From positions 3,996-67,995 of the forward strand of contig CASFTG010000003.1 in assembly GCA_949297805.1 (NCBI GenBank): a stretch of DNA of 64,000 bases, read 5' to 3'. Every line of letters starts with the position of its first letter. Position 1 is the stretch's first letter. Source of the DNA: an uncultured bacterium (GTDB lineage: Bacteria; Bacillota_I; Bacilli_A; RFN20; CAG-826). The notes below the pieces were generated by a model. It saw only the letters and a program-made list of their open reading frames with translations. It ran no database searches and was not told the DNA's origin. The position numbers and the translations under genes are program-made. Below, one piece after another: positions 47,870 through 57,452 of this stretch.

Positions 47870-49402
47870 ATGAAGAAACACCTCGCTTTTTTATTCTTGC
47901 CCCTGCTGGTCTTCGGGCTCGCCAGCTGCAATATCTATGACCTGATCGATAAGAGCAAAGGGCCGGGCTATGTCCCGCCGCTGACGAGTGACGGCCATTA
48001 CACCCTTGAGGACCCGACGCCTTTTAGTTATCGCGACCTCCAGCTCTCGGCTGGGATGGACGCCTTGCCCTCAACCGGGGAATACGATGTCTTGGTCTTG
48101 CCGATCGAGTTAAGCGACTTCCCTTTTGAAGATGGGGCCTTGGAGGATCTTGACGTCGTCTTGAATTCCGAGGACGGGACCGATTATTGGGAATCCCTCT
48201 CCAGCTTCTACTACAAATCGAGCTATGGCCAACTGAAGGTCAACTTCGTCATCGCCGATGTCTATGAATCCGGATTGACCGCAGAGCAGGCCTACGCCCG
48301 TTATGGGACTAATACAGTTGAACCCGACAACGGCATCAGCCTCATCGACGCCGCCTTTAAGAACTATAAAAGCAATGGGGGCAAGGCCGCCAAGTTCGAC
48401 TATGACTCCAATGGCTGGGTCGATGGGATCGTCGCCGTCTATTCCTGCCCCGACTCCCAGTCCTACGAATACCCGTTCTACGATGCGACCAACTTCTACT
48501 GGGCCTATACCTATTGGTCCCAGCAGACCCCGAATTACGTGAGCCCGAGCTTCAACCTCTACTTCTGGCTCTCGATCGACTTCATCTATACCGATGAGGG
48601 CCAATTGGATGCCCATACCCTGATCCATGAGTTCGGCCATATGCTGGGGCTAGACGATTACTATCCCTCCTCGACCTCCAAGGCCCCCTATAACGCCTTC
48701 TTCCCGGTCGGCTGGCTCGACATGATGGATGGGAACATCCTCGATCACGACGCCTTCTCGAAACTGGCCCTTGGCTGGATCAAGCCGACGGTCATCACCG
48801 ACTCCTGCACCGTCGAATTGAAGCCCTTGCAGGATGGGGCCAATGCCATCGTCTTGCCAAGCGGCTCCTGGAACGGGACCGCCTTCGACGAGTATCTGAT
48901 CTTTGAGCTTTACACCCCAACCGGGCTTAATGAGCTCGATAGCCGGGCCCAATACCCCGGCCGGCCGATCGGCTTCCAGACCCCGGGGGTCAAGATCCTC
49001 CACGTCGATGCCAGGGTCATGGAGATAACGATCAAGTCCTCTGGCACAGCCTCAGCCGAATACCTGGAGGGGACGACGCTCAACCCCGTCAGCACCGCCC
49101 AGACCTTCCGTTATTACCAAGTCGGGGCCACCAACTCGCAGAAGGTCAATTCCTATGCCAAGGATTCCTATTCCTTGGTCTCGCTCATCGATGCCTCCTC
49201 CCCTTCGGTCAATCCTTTCTACCGGCAGGGCAATGCCGATGATTATTCCCTATTCCGGGCTGGCGATTCCTTCTCCCTCGAGTCCTATTCCGTCTATTTC
49301 CCCGAGGAGACGACCCTCAATAACGGGGAACCTCTGAACTATTCCGTCTCCATCGATTACTGCGATTATCAAAAGGCGACCCTGACCTTCACCAAACAAT
49401 GA
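47870..49402 (+). CDS. M6 (immune inhibitor A)-like zinc metalloprotease lipoprotein, copy 1
   Basis: Lipobox GLASC; 'YYKSSYGQL', 'FDYDSNGWVDG', 'HEFGHMLGLDDYY', 'DMMD'. Confidence 0.88.
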   Translation: MKKHLAFLFLPLLVFGLASCNIYDLIDKSKGPGYVPPLTSDGHYTLEDPTPFSYRDLQLSAGMDALPSTGEYDVLVLPIELSDFPFEDGALEDLDVVLNSEDGTDYWESLSSFYYKSSYGQLKVNFVIADVYESGLTAEQAYARYGTNTVEPDNGISLIDAAFKNYKSNGGKAAKFDYDSNGWVDGIVAVYSCPDSQSYEYPFYDATNFYWAYTYWSQQTPNYVSPSFNLYFWLSIDFIYTDEGQLDAHTLIHEFGHMLGLDDYYPSSTSKAPYNAFFPVGWLDMMDGNILDHDAFSKLALGWIKPTVITDSCTVELKPLQDGANAIVLPSGSWNGTAFDEYLIFELYTPTGLNELDSRAQYPGRPIGFQTPGVKILHVDARVMEITIKSSGTASAEYLEGTTLNPVSTAQTFRYYQVGATNSQKVNSYAKDSYSLVSLIDASSPSVNPFYRQGNADDYSLFRAGDSFSLESYSVYFPEETTLNNGEPLNYSVSIDYCDYQKATLTFTKQ

Positions 49403-51003
49403 AAAAGAACCTGTTGATATTAGGGCTGGGCTTAGTTTGCCTCGCCGCCTGCGCCCCCCGGGGCCTCCATCGTTCTTCCTCGACTGAGGAGGACGCCCCA
49501 TCCGAGTCCAGTTCCTCGGACTCCTCTTTGGAGGTGATTAATCCCGACGATCCTTCCTCCTCCTCGTCTTCCCTCTCTTCGGCTGGGGTATCGTCTTCTT
49601 CCTCCTCTTCCGGCAGTTCTTCCTCCCTTGATGAATTGGAACCCCAGGAGGTTTTGAAATATGGCTTCCAGGATCTGAACAATAGCCAGTATGCTGACTC
49701 CTTGCCAACGACCGGCCAATACTCGATCTTGGTCCTGCCGATTGAATTCACCGATTATAAGTTCAGCGAATCCGAACTGGCCGACTTCGATTGGACACTC
49801 AATGCCGAGGAGGGAACGGCTTATTGGGAATCGCTGTCGTCTTATTACTACAAGTCATCCTATGGCCAGTTGGACCTTAGCTTCGTGGTGGCCGACGTCT
49901 ATGAATCGGGATATACCGCCAGGGGGGCGTATAACCAATTTGGCGCGAGTGGCCGCGACAACGGCATCACCCTTATCAACGCCGCCTTTAACGAATACTC
50001 GTCCGCCCATGACGTTCAGCAGTTCGATACCGATGATAACGGCTGGATCGATGGGGTCATCGCCGTCTATTCCTGCCCGGACTATTACTCTGGCAACTTA
50101 AGTTACGATCAAACCAGTTTCTACTGGGCTTATACCTATTGGGCCCAGAATGAGCCGAATATCAATTCCCCGACCGTCAACCTCTATTTCTGGCTCTCGA
50201 TCGACTTCATCTATGAAGGCGGGGATGGCGATGCCCATACTTTGATCCACGAGTTCGGCCATATGCTCGGCCTCGATGACCTTTATAGCGATTCGAGCTA
50301 CGGGACGGCTTATGCCGGGGGCCTTGATATGATGGACCTCAACATCCTCGACCATGGGGCTTATGCCAAAATATTGCTTGGGTGGCTAAAACCCTATGTC
50401 GTAACTGAAGAGGCGACGATCGAGATCACTCCATCGACGGCGACGCCCTCGGCCATCATCGTCCCGTCTAGTTCCTGGAACGGCAATGCCTTCAACGAGT
50501 ATTTGGTCATCGAGCTGTATAGTCCAATCGGCTTAAATGAGCATGATAGCCTCAATAGTTATTCTGATCGTCCGCGCGGCTATTCCAAGCCCGGGGTCAA
50601 AATCAGCCATATCGATGCGAGGGTCATGGAAGTGAGCTATAACCAGTGGGGCCAGCTCGAGGATTCGGTCTATTACTATGGCGATAACTTAGACGGGGCC
50701 GATGATTATACCTACTATTCGGTCGGGGCGACTAATTGCCAGAAGGATTACTATCCGGCCAGCACTCGTTATAACTTCAACACCTTGATCGATGCCTCTT
50801 CCCCAAGCGGAACCCCTTTCACCTATGGGACTTATGCCGATAACTCGACCTTGTTCCAAGCCGGCGACTCCTTCGACATCCAAACCTATCGTTCCTATTT
50901 CGCCAATCGGGGCAAGTTCAATAACGGCGATGAGTTCCCTTTTTCCATCGATATCGTCTCGGTCGATTCGGAATCGGCCATCATCGACATCCACGAGGCT
51001 TAA
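49399..51003 (+). CDS. M6-like zinc metalloprotease lipoprotein, copy 2 (poly-Ser linker)
   Basis: Lipobox CLAAC; Ser-rich linker; 'HEFGHMLGLDDLY'. Confidence 0.88.
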   Translation: MKKNLLILGLGLVCLAACAPRGLHRSSSTEEDAPSESSSSDSSLEVINPDDPSSSSSSLSSAGVSSSSSSSGSSSSLDELEPQEVLKYGFQDLNNSQYADSLPTTGQYSILVLPIEFTDYKFSESELADFDWTLNAEEGTAYWESLSSYYYKSSYGQLDLSFVVADVYESGYTARGAYNQFGASGRDNGITLINAAFNEYSSAHDVQQFDTDDNGWIDGVIAVYSCPDYYSGNLSYDQTSFYWAYTYWAQNEPNINSPTVNLYFWLSIDFIYEGGDGDAHTLIHEFGHMLGLDDLYSDSSYGTAYAGGLDMMDLNILDHGAYAKILLGWLKPYVVTEEATIEITPSTATPSAIIVPSSSWNGNAFNEYLVIELYSPIGLNEHDSLNSYSDRPRGYSKPGVKISHIDARVMEVSYNQWGQLEDSVYYYGDNLDGADDYTYYSVGATNCQKDYYPASTRYNFNTLIDASSPSGTPFTYGTYADNSTLFQAGDSFDIQTYRSYFANRGKFNNGDEFPFSIDIVSVDSESAIIDIHEA

Positions 51004-51006
51004 TCC

Positions 51007-52542
51007 ATGAAGAAAACATTATTGCTATTGCCAGCTTTATTGCTCGTCGCCTGCAAGGGCGAAGGGAGCAGCAGTTCTCTTTCGACCCCGGAGACGCCGC
51101 CGATTGAATTGGACGGGTATCAGAAAGCCACCTCGATCAACGACAACCTGACCCTATTTGACGTCTTGTCTTCCCAATCGACGCCGAACTTGCCTTCGAT
51201 TGGCGAATATAACGTCTTGGTCTTGCCAATCGAGATTAAGGGTTATCCCTTCTCTGACGAGGACTTGAAGACGATTGAGATCGCCACCACCGGGGAGGCG
51301 GAGGAGACCAATTATTGGGAGACCTTGCCTTCTTACTATGAGAAGTCGAGCTATGGGCGTCTTGCTATTAACTGCGAAATCGCCCCGGTCATCAACATCG
51401 ATAAGACCCCGGCGGAATTATTGAATACGACCGATGACCCGGCGGCTTATTGCTTGACCGAGGCCTTGAATCAATATCAAGGCGACACGAAAAAGTTCGA
51501 CAGCAATAACGATGGGCTTATCGATGCGACCATCATGATCTATTCCTGTCCCGATGCCGGGCATTCGAAAGAGATAGCCGCCCTCGACCCTTACGCCGAT
51601 TACTTCTGGGCCTATACCTATTTCAATGGCGAGGCCTTGGAATACAAAGATCCCGAGGACCCGGTGGGCTTCTATTACTTCTGGTCCTCGATGGAGTTTT
51701 TTGAGGATGCCGGGGCGGGGCAGATCGATTGCCATACCATCATCCATGAGTTCGGCCATATCTTAGGGGCCGATGATTACTATGATGCCGACTTCCAGAC
51801 CAATGGTTACGACAATCCGGCCGGCGGCTCGATCATGATGGATTGCAACGTCGGGGACATGGATATGGCGACCAAACTCCTTTATGGCTGGAGCGAGCCT
51901 TATGTCGTGACTGATGATTCAAAGATCACCATCCAGCCGGCCGAATCGAGCGGGGACTGCATCCTTATCGCCGATTCGTGGAACGGGACCGGCTTCGATG
52001 AGTTCTTATTGCTCGAGCTTTATACCCCGACCGGCCTTAATGAATTGGATTCGAAAGAAGCCTATCCGGATTTAGGGAATACCTTACCGAGCCAAGCCGG
52101 GGTCAAGCTGTGGCACGTCGATAACCGGCTGGTGTATGGGCCGGGCTTCTTGGATGGGATGAACTTCCAAGACGTCGCCTATCTGACCGATGAGCAGACT
52201 TCTTCCGGAGATTATCCGAAGTATTGTCGGGTCGATGGAAAGATGTATACCAGCGGGTTAGCGATCGCCGCCTCGAACTCCGATTACGCCCGTTGCGTGT
52301 CCCTATTGGGCCAAGACGTCTTCTCCCTGCAACTTGTCCAGGCCGGAGGCGAATACACTTTCAATAAGCAATCGGTCTATACCACCGACTCCGACCTTTT
52401 CCATACGGGGGACTCCTTCTTCTTGTCTTCCAGTTCATTCTTCCAAAACGGGAAACTCAACAATGGGGCGGAGCTGCCGGTTTCGATCCATTTCGATTCG
52501 GTTACCGACCAAGGAGCGACCATCAGCATCAGCTATGAGTAG
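51007..52542 (+). CDS. M6-like zinc metalloprotease lipoprotein, copy 3
   Basis: Lipobox LLVAC; 'HEFGHILGADDYY'. Confidence 0.88.
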   Translation: MKKTLLLLPALLLVACKGEGSSSSLSTPETPPIELDGYQKATSINDNLTLFDVLSSQSTPNLPSIGEYNVLVLPIEIKGYPFSDEDLKTIEIATTGEAEETNYWETLPSYYEKSSYGRLAINCEIAPVINIDKTPAELLNTTDDPAAYCLTEALNQYQGDTKKFDSNNDGLIDATIMIYSCPDAGHSKEIAALDPYADYFWAYTYFNGEALEYKDPEDPVGFYYFWSSMEFFEDAGAGQIDCHTIIHEFGHILGADDYYDADFQTNGYDNPAGGSIMMDCNVGDMDMATKLLYGWSEPYVVTDDSKITIQPAESSGDCILIADSWNGTGFDEFLLLELYTPTGLNELDSKEAYPDLGNTLPSQAGVKLWHVDNRLVYGPGFLDGMNFQDVAYLTDEQTSSGDYPKYCRVDGKMYTSGLAIAASNSDYARCVSLLGQDVFSLQLVQAGGEYTFNKQSVYTTDSDLFHTGDSFFLSSSSFFQNGKLNNGAELPVSIHFDSVTDQGATISISYE

Positions 52543-53011
52543 ACGTTCGCGCGATTCCTCGATCTTGCTGGAGAACCGGAAGGCCCGGTTCCTCTATTTT
52601 CTTTCTGACTTCCTGACCGCTGGGTTAGTCTTGACCGGGACCGAGATTAAGTCCTTAAGAGCCCGGAATGCCTCTTTAGCCGATTCCTATGTCTATATTA
52701 AAAACGGCGAAGCTTATATCGCCAATATGCATATCGCCCCTTATAAGGATGGGACGGTGTATAACGTCGATCACCTTCGGGACCGGAAGCTCCTGCTCAC
52801 TAAGCAGGAGATAAGGAAACTCGATGCCCATCTAAAAGGCAGCTCGACTACCTGTGTCCCGACCAAGGTGTTTTTGAAAAACGGCTACGCCAAGGTCGAG
52901 ATCGCTCTAGCTAAGGGCAAACAAGCCCATGATAAGCGGGACGCGATCAAGAAACGGGATGATGAACGCTCGATCAAGGCGGCGGAGAAGGAAGGACGGA
53001 AATATGATTGA
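52535..53011 (+). CDS. smpB: SsrA-binding protein
   Basis: 'ENRKARF.Y', 'AGLVLTGTEIKSLR', 'RKLLL', 'KGKQAHDKR'; ATG 52535 overlaps the end of the upstream gene. Confidence 0.95.
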   Translation: MSRRSRDSSILLENRKARFLYFLSDFLTAGLVLTGTEIKSLRARNASLADSYVYIKNGEAYIANMHIAPYKDGTVYNVDHLRDRKLLLTKQEIRKLDAHLKGSSTTCVPTKVFLKNGYAKVEIALAKGKQAHDKRDAIKKRDDERSIKAAEKEGRKYD

Positions 53012-54137
53012 TCTGCGTGGTTACGGGAGCGATTCCGGCAATTTCGACAAGGCTTTGCGGAAATCCTCTCTTTTGCCCAAATGCCCGGTTATTTTGGTTT
53101 CCGGCAGTTCTGGCAAATCCTTGACCATCGCTTATTTAAGCGGCATTTTGCAGGCTTTAGGTAAGAAGGTTGGGGCTTATTATAATTGCTTCGATGACAA
53201 TGAGGACGATATCCGGGTCAACGGGGCAAGAGGGGTCATTGACCGCGACTATCTTTCTTTGGCTAAGAAGTATTCGTTATCGAAAGAGCAAGCGAAGTTC
53301 TTATTGGCTTTATCGGCCTATAAAGATTGCGACTATATCCTCGTTGAAGAACCGATCGGCGGGGTCTCCTCCCCCATCTATAGCGAGCTCCTCGAACCGA
53401 TTCTTACTATCCTGACTTCCGTGGGCTTAGACCATGTGGAGGAATTAGGGACTACTGAAAGCAGCATCGCCTTCGACTGCGCTGCCCTTTCAGTTCAAGA
53501 TTCGACTTTGCTTTCCTTTGAACTCAATGAGCTTAATGAGCCACCGGTCAAAGAATATTGCGCGGACAATAAGGTGAAGTGGGTCAAGGCCAATATTCCC
53601 TTTCATCCTCATTATGAAGGGAAGGAACTGGTGTTCGATATCCATGCTTATCCCGGGATTCGAATCAATACCCCGGTGGCGATCGAGATGCTTGACCTCG
53701 CCTTAGCCATCGAGGCGGTAAATCAACTGGGGCTATCCTTGGATGAGGAGACCTTGCAAAAAGGGATCGGTAAGATCTCTTTGCCTAACCACCACGAGGT
53801 GAAGGGTCGTTACCTCTTCGACTGCGCCTCCTCCCCCGAGATGATCGTTGGCTTGAGCAAGAGTTATCCTTCTTTGGCTTTAGGTGAGCCCTTGTCGGTC
53901 GTTTATGCCGCGAAAAAAGGGAGCAACGTCGCCTCGATCCTCCCCTTATTGGATAATGCCTTCGATAAGGTTTATCTGACCGGAATCCCAGGTGATGATT
54001 CCTTCTGGGATGAGGATGATTTCTTCCTCTTCACCGCCGACCATCCGTTTATTGATGATCTTGCCTCGATTGAGGGGAAGGTCTTGTTCCTTGGGGATAT
54101 AAGGTTCCTGACCTATGCCAAAGAACGAGTTGAATGA
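53004..54137 (+). CDS. folC: Divergent folylpolyglutamate synthase/dihydrofolate synthase (FolC-like Mur ligase)
   Basis: 'VILVSGSSGKS', 'IRVNG', 'VEEPIGG', 'TSVGLDHVEELG'. Confidence 0.65.
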   Translation: MIDLRGYGSDSGNFDKALRKSSLLPKCPVILVSGSSGKSLTIAYLSGILQALGKKVGAYYNCFDDNEDDIRVNGARGVIDRDYLSLAKKYSLSKEQAKFLLALSAYKDCDYILVEEPIGGVSSPIYSELLEPILTILTSVGLDHVEELGTTESSIAFDCAALSVQDSTLLSFELNELNEPPVKEYCADNKVKWVKANIPFHPHYEGKELVFDIHAYPGIRINTPVAIEMLDLALAIEAVNQLGLSLDEETLQKGIGKISLPNHHEVKGRYLFDCASSPEMIVGLSKSYPSLALGEPLSVVYAAKKGSNVASILPLLDNAFDKVYLTGIPGDDSFWDEDDFFLFTADHPFIDDLASIEGKVLFLGDIRFLTYAKERVE

Positions 54138-54297
54138 ACCCGAGGTCGACGAGAGCCTTTTGACTCCGGAACAGAAAGAGGAACTTAATTCCCGTCCTTC
54201 CCGGAAGGGGTTCTTCATCTTTTGTGGGGTGCTGGTCCTTCTCATCGTCGTGTGCCTTATCGTCATCTTTGCTTTGGGTGGGCCTACAGGGGATTGA
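54115..54297 (+). CDS. Small single-pass membrane protein (start may be TTG 54130)
   Basis: Acidic N-terminus followed by one long hydrophobic helix; overlaps the folC stop. Confidence 0.6.
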   Translation: MPKNELNEPEVDESLLTPEQKEELNSRPSRKGFFIFCGVLVLLIVVCLIVIFALGGPTGD

Positions 54298-54420
54298 ACA
54301 TAAAACCTCTTTTCGCTTAGGGCCATCCCCATTAGTCGGAAAAGTTTGGACAATGTCCAAGGAAACGGGGTTGAGGAATGGCTATAGGCGAGTAGACTAT
54401 TGCCGGTTGGAGGGCAGGCT

Positions 54421-54549
54421 ATGGACGAAGAAGCTTATTCGAAGAAAATGAGCGTTGAGGACATGGAAGCCTATTTGTCGCTCGCCCTTTGCTCCGCCGA
54501 TAAGGAAATAAACGAAGCCTTGGCGAAAGCCAGCGAAGAGAACAAGTAA
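54421..54549 (+). CDS. 42-aa acidic helical small protein (below the ORF-track cutoff)
   Basis: GGAGG 7 nt before the ATG; MDEEAYSKKMSVEDMEAYLSLALCSADKEINEALAKASEENK*; candidate promoter upstream and terminator downstream. Confidence 0.6.
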   Translation: MDEEAYSKKMSVEDMEAYLSLALCSADKEINEALAKASEENK

Positions 54550-54550
54550 G

Positions 54551-54572
54551 ACGGCCGGTGGGCCGTTTTTTA
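54551..54572 (+). terminator. Rho-independent terminator
   Basis: ACGGCC-ggtg-GGCCGT followed by a T-run. Confidence 0.7.
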
Positions 54573-54980
54573 TTGGTAGGTGGGATTCGCTTCAGGCTTT
54601 TTCGACTAATTGGAAGGGGCCTGATCTTGGCGGCTCAATTCCTTACGATATGGAAAAGGCGACGTCCCAATTCATGGAAGGAAAGGATATTGCGTATTCC
54701 GACGGCGATTGGTATTGGATTTTCTCTGATGTCCGAAACGAAATTGACAACGGGTCTCCGGTAATATATTTCGGTATATGGATATTACGAGGAAGGGAAA
54801 CTGCTGTGCCATTGGGGTTGGGACGACGGTTATTCGCAGGTGCTTGCCGATAAGCGGACTTTCTACAACGAAGGAGGATATTATGTTCTCATCAACGAGA
54901 CGCCCCATAACCACAAGACATATTTCAAATCTTTTACAGGAGTTTTAAAATGCGGATGCGGAATGGTTCTGGATTGCTAA
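54572..54980 (+). pseudogene. Truncated, frameshifted C10/C39-like (papain-fold) cysteine peptidase fragment
   Basis: 'VRNEIDNGSPVIYFG', frameshift near 54775, then 'YGYYEEGKLLCHWGWD...CGCGMVLDC*'; the catalytic-His segment is missing. Confidence 0.5.
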
Positions 54981-55465
54981 TTTCTTTTTCGGTATTAGCT
55001 TTTTCGCTTATCGGTTGCGGCGACAATGGATTCACTCCTCCTGTTCCGCACGAATTCGTCTATTCCCATGCGGAAGGAGCCACAGAAACTGGATGGGAGG
55101 ATTGCCACGTTACTTTCGAGACTGTTTTCCGCTCAGACCCCTTTTATATCTCAGATTTTCTGCGTGATCGGGAGCGCGAATTGAAGTGCGAATGGCTCGG
55201 TCTATCCGAAAACCAAGCGGGGATAATCCGACGCATGCCGGAAGAGGCGGATTTCCAGAAGTGCCTGATCATCACCTTTCACAATCCTGGGCCGGCGCTC
55301 GATGGGCCTTATCTGATGTCGGATGTCCGTGTTAGGACCATGGCCTTTTGGGGGCCGGACGGCAATGAGCTTCTGATCGAACTCGTTGGCAAAAACGGTG
55401 AGGAGGGCATGTTCATCACCGGGTTAATCGAAGGGGTAGAATTGCATTTCGTGACCGTTCAATAG
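54950..55465 (+). CDS. Small lipoprotein of unknown function
   Basis: SD AGGAG; lipobox SLIGC. Confidence 0.7.
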   Translation: MRMRNGSGLLISFSVLAFSLIGCGDNGFTPPVPHEFVYSHAEGATETGWEDCHVTFETVFRSDPFYISDFLRDRERELKCEWLGLSENQAGIIRRMPEEADFQKCLIITFHNPGPALDGPYLMSDVRVRTMAFWGPDGNELLIELVGKNGEEGMFITGLIEGVELHFVTVQ

Positions 55466-55567
55466 TCTGCGACAGCATCAAAGTCGGATATTTCATCCTT
55501 CTCTCTTGCTTTGAATCTCTTGGTTTCCTTTGCCGCGCCTTGATTTCGGCGGTGGTATAATTGGCCC

Positions 55568-57208
55568 ATGGAAACCAAACGCTCATTCACCGATAAGGTC
55601 ATTTACCAAATCTATCCCCGTTCTTTCTGCGATTCCAATGGCGATGGGATTGGGGATATCCAAGGGATCATATCGAAACTTGATTACCTTAAGGATTTAG
55701 GCGTCGATTGCCTTTGGCTCTCCCCGATTTATAAGTCCCCTTTGATGGATATGGGGTATGACGTGGCTGATTACTATTCCATCCATCCCGATTATGGGAC
55801 GATGGAGGATTTCGACCGGTTATTGAAGGAAGCCGATAAACGGGGATTGAGGATCATCATGGACTTAGTGGTCAACCACACCTCTGATCAGCATGAATGG
55901 TTCAAGGCCAGCCGCGATCCCTCTTCGCCATATCGGGATTACTACATTTGGCGGAAGGGCAAGAAAGACGGGGTCCCGCCTAATAACTGGACCTCGATGT
56001 TCACCGGGCCCGCCTGGACTTATGATTCCCAAAGCGAGGAATGGTATCTCCATCTGTATTCATCTGAGCAACCCGACCTCAATTTCCATAACGAGAAAGT
56101 GGTGGAAGAGGTCGAGAGAATCCTCCGTTTCTATTTGGACAAAGGGGTGTATGGGTTCCGTTGCGACGTCATTAACCAATGCTATAAGGAATCGCTAGAT
56201 GACGGCAAAGGACTCTCCCCCTCGGGCAGAGGGATGGAGCATTACCTTTGCTCGGAAGGAAACCATAAATTGCTGCGGCGGTTCTACGACGATGTCTTCT
56301 CCCATTACGACTGCGTCGTCATCGGGGAGACTTATGCCATCGATGTTGAGAACGGGCGACGCTACCTGGATAACCACGAGCTCGACATGTTCTTCCAGTT
56401 CGACACCGCCAACTGCGACAACTTCCTTCTTCCTTTATTCAAGAAGAAGTTCAAGCCCCGTTATCTTAGGGATGTCATCTATAAATGGCAGACCGGGGTC
56501 TCCTGGATGGCCAATTATCTCGAGAACCACGATCAGCCCCGTTCGATCAACCATTATGGGGATCCGGTGAAGTTCCCAAAGGCGTCCGCTAAGGCGCTCG
56601 CGGTCCTTAACCTTACTTTGCGGGGAACCCCCTTCATCTACCAAGGGGAGGAGATCGGGATGACCAATCTACCCCTGCAAGACCCAGAGCAAAGCCAAGA
56701 CGTCAGCTGCCGGCAGGTCAATGAGATATTAAAGAAGCTTCCCTTTACTAAGAAGACTCGTTATAAACTGGCCAATCGGGTCAACCGGGACCATGCCCGG
56801 ACCCCGATGCAGTGGAATGATGCCGTCTCGGCTGGTTTCTCCACTAGCGAGAAGACTTGGCTTCCGGTCAATCCCAATTACAAAGCGGTCAACGTCGCTT
56901 CGGAGTCCGCTGACCCGGCTTCGGTGCTGAATTTCTACAAAGCCTTGTTGCAGCTTAGGAAAAAGGACGAGGTTTTCGTTTATGGCGATTTCCGGCCAAT
57001 TATGGTCCATGGGGATTTGATTGCTTACCAACGGGTATATAAGGATGAGCGCCGCTTTATCTTGATCAATCTGACCGGGAAGGAAGTCAAGATCCCCCGT
57101 CATCTGATCCTCGATGGAGCAAAATTGCTGCTGTCGTCGCTGCCGGTCCAGGGGTATCGGATGGGGTTCCTCTCTCCCTTTGAAGCCGATATCTTTGAGA
57201 TAAAGTGA
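55568..57208 (+). CDS. GH13 alpha-glucosidase / oligo-1,6-glucosidase
   Basis: 'YQIYPRSF.DSNGDGIGD', 'DLVVNHTSD', 'GFRCDVI', 'IGE', 'ENHDQPR'. Confidence 0.93.
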   Translation: METKRSFTDKVIYQIYPRSFCDSNGDGIGDIQGIISKLDYLKDLGVDCLWLSPIYKSPLMDMGYDVADYYSIHPDYGTMEDFDRLLKEADKRGLRIIMDLVVNHTSDQHEWFKASRDPSSPYRDYYIWRKGKKDGVPPNNWTSMFTGPAWTYDSQSEEWYLHLYSSEQPDLNFHNEKVVEEVERILRFYLDKGVYGFRCDVINQCYKESLDDGKGLSPSGRGMEHYLCSEGNHKLLRRFYDDVFSHYDCVVIGETYAIDVENGRRYLDNHELDMFFQFDTANCDNFLLPLFKKKFKPRYLRDVIYKWQTGVSWMANYLENHDQPRSINHYGDPVKFPKASAKALAVLNLTLRGTPFIYQGEEIGMTNLPLQDPEQSQDVSCRQVNEILKKLPFTKKTRYKLANRVNRDHARTPMQWNDAVSAGFSTSEKTWLPVNPNYKAVNVASESADPASVLNFYKALLQLRKKDEVFVYGDFRPIMVHGDLIAYQRVYKDERRFILINLTGKEVKIPRHLILDGAKLLLSSLPVQGYRMGFLSPFEADIFEIK

Positions 57209-57250
57209 TTAAAAGTGATAAACAGTAATAAATAGTGATAAAAAGTCGCC
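57201..57250. repeat. 10-bp-period tandem repeats (AANAGTGATA-like x5)
   Basis: taaagtgatt aaaagtgata aacagtaata aatagtgata aaaagtcgcc. Confidence 0.7.
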
Positions 57251-57405
57251 ATTTAGCGTTTTCCTCGTTTACGAATATATATATATTTCGATGGTAACCC
57301 GTCTTCTTTAGGGCTTGAGCCGAATCATCTATCTCCACGCAGTATCCTTATTAAGGCTTCTGCAACTAATGTTTGCGACTTGCTCGTGTCTTATATCCGC
57401 TTTCA

Positions 57406-57433
57406 TTGATTAATATGGTTCCATATGTATAAT
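57406..57433 (+). promoter_or_regulatory. SigA-type promoter
   Basis: TTGATT-16 nt-TATAAT. Confidence 0.6.
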
Positions 57434-57452
57434 ATCCATGCGGAGCCTGGAA

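Noticed and set aside
49465..49630. TCC/TCT-rich low-complexity tract (also 6610-6670)
   Set aside because: Ordinary poly-Ser lipoprotein linkers
52535..54600. tmRNA near smpB
   Set aside because: No tRNA-like ends or tag reading frame recognised in the neighbouring intergenic DNA
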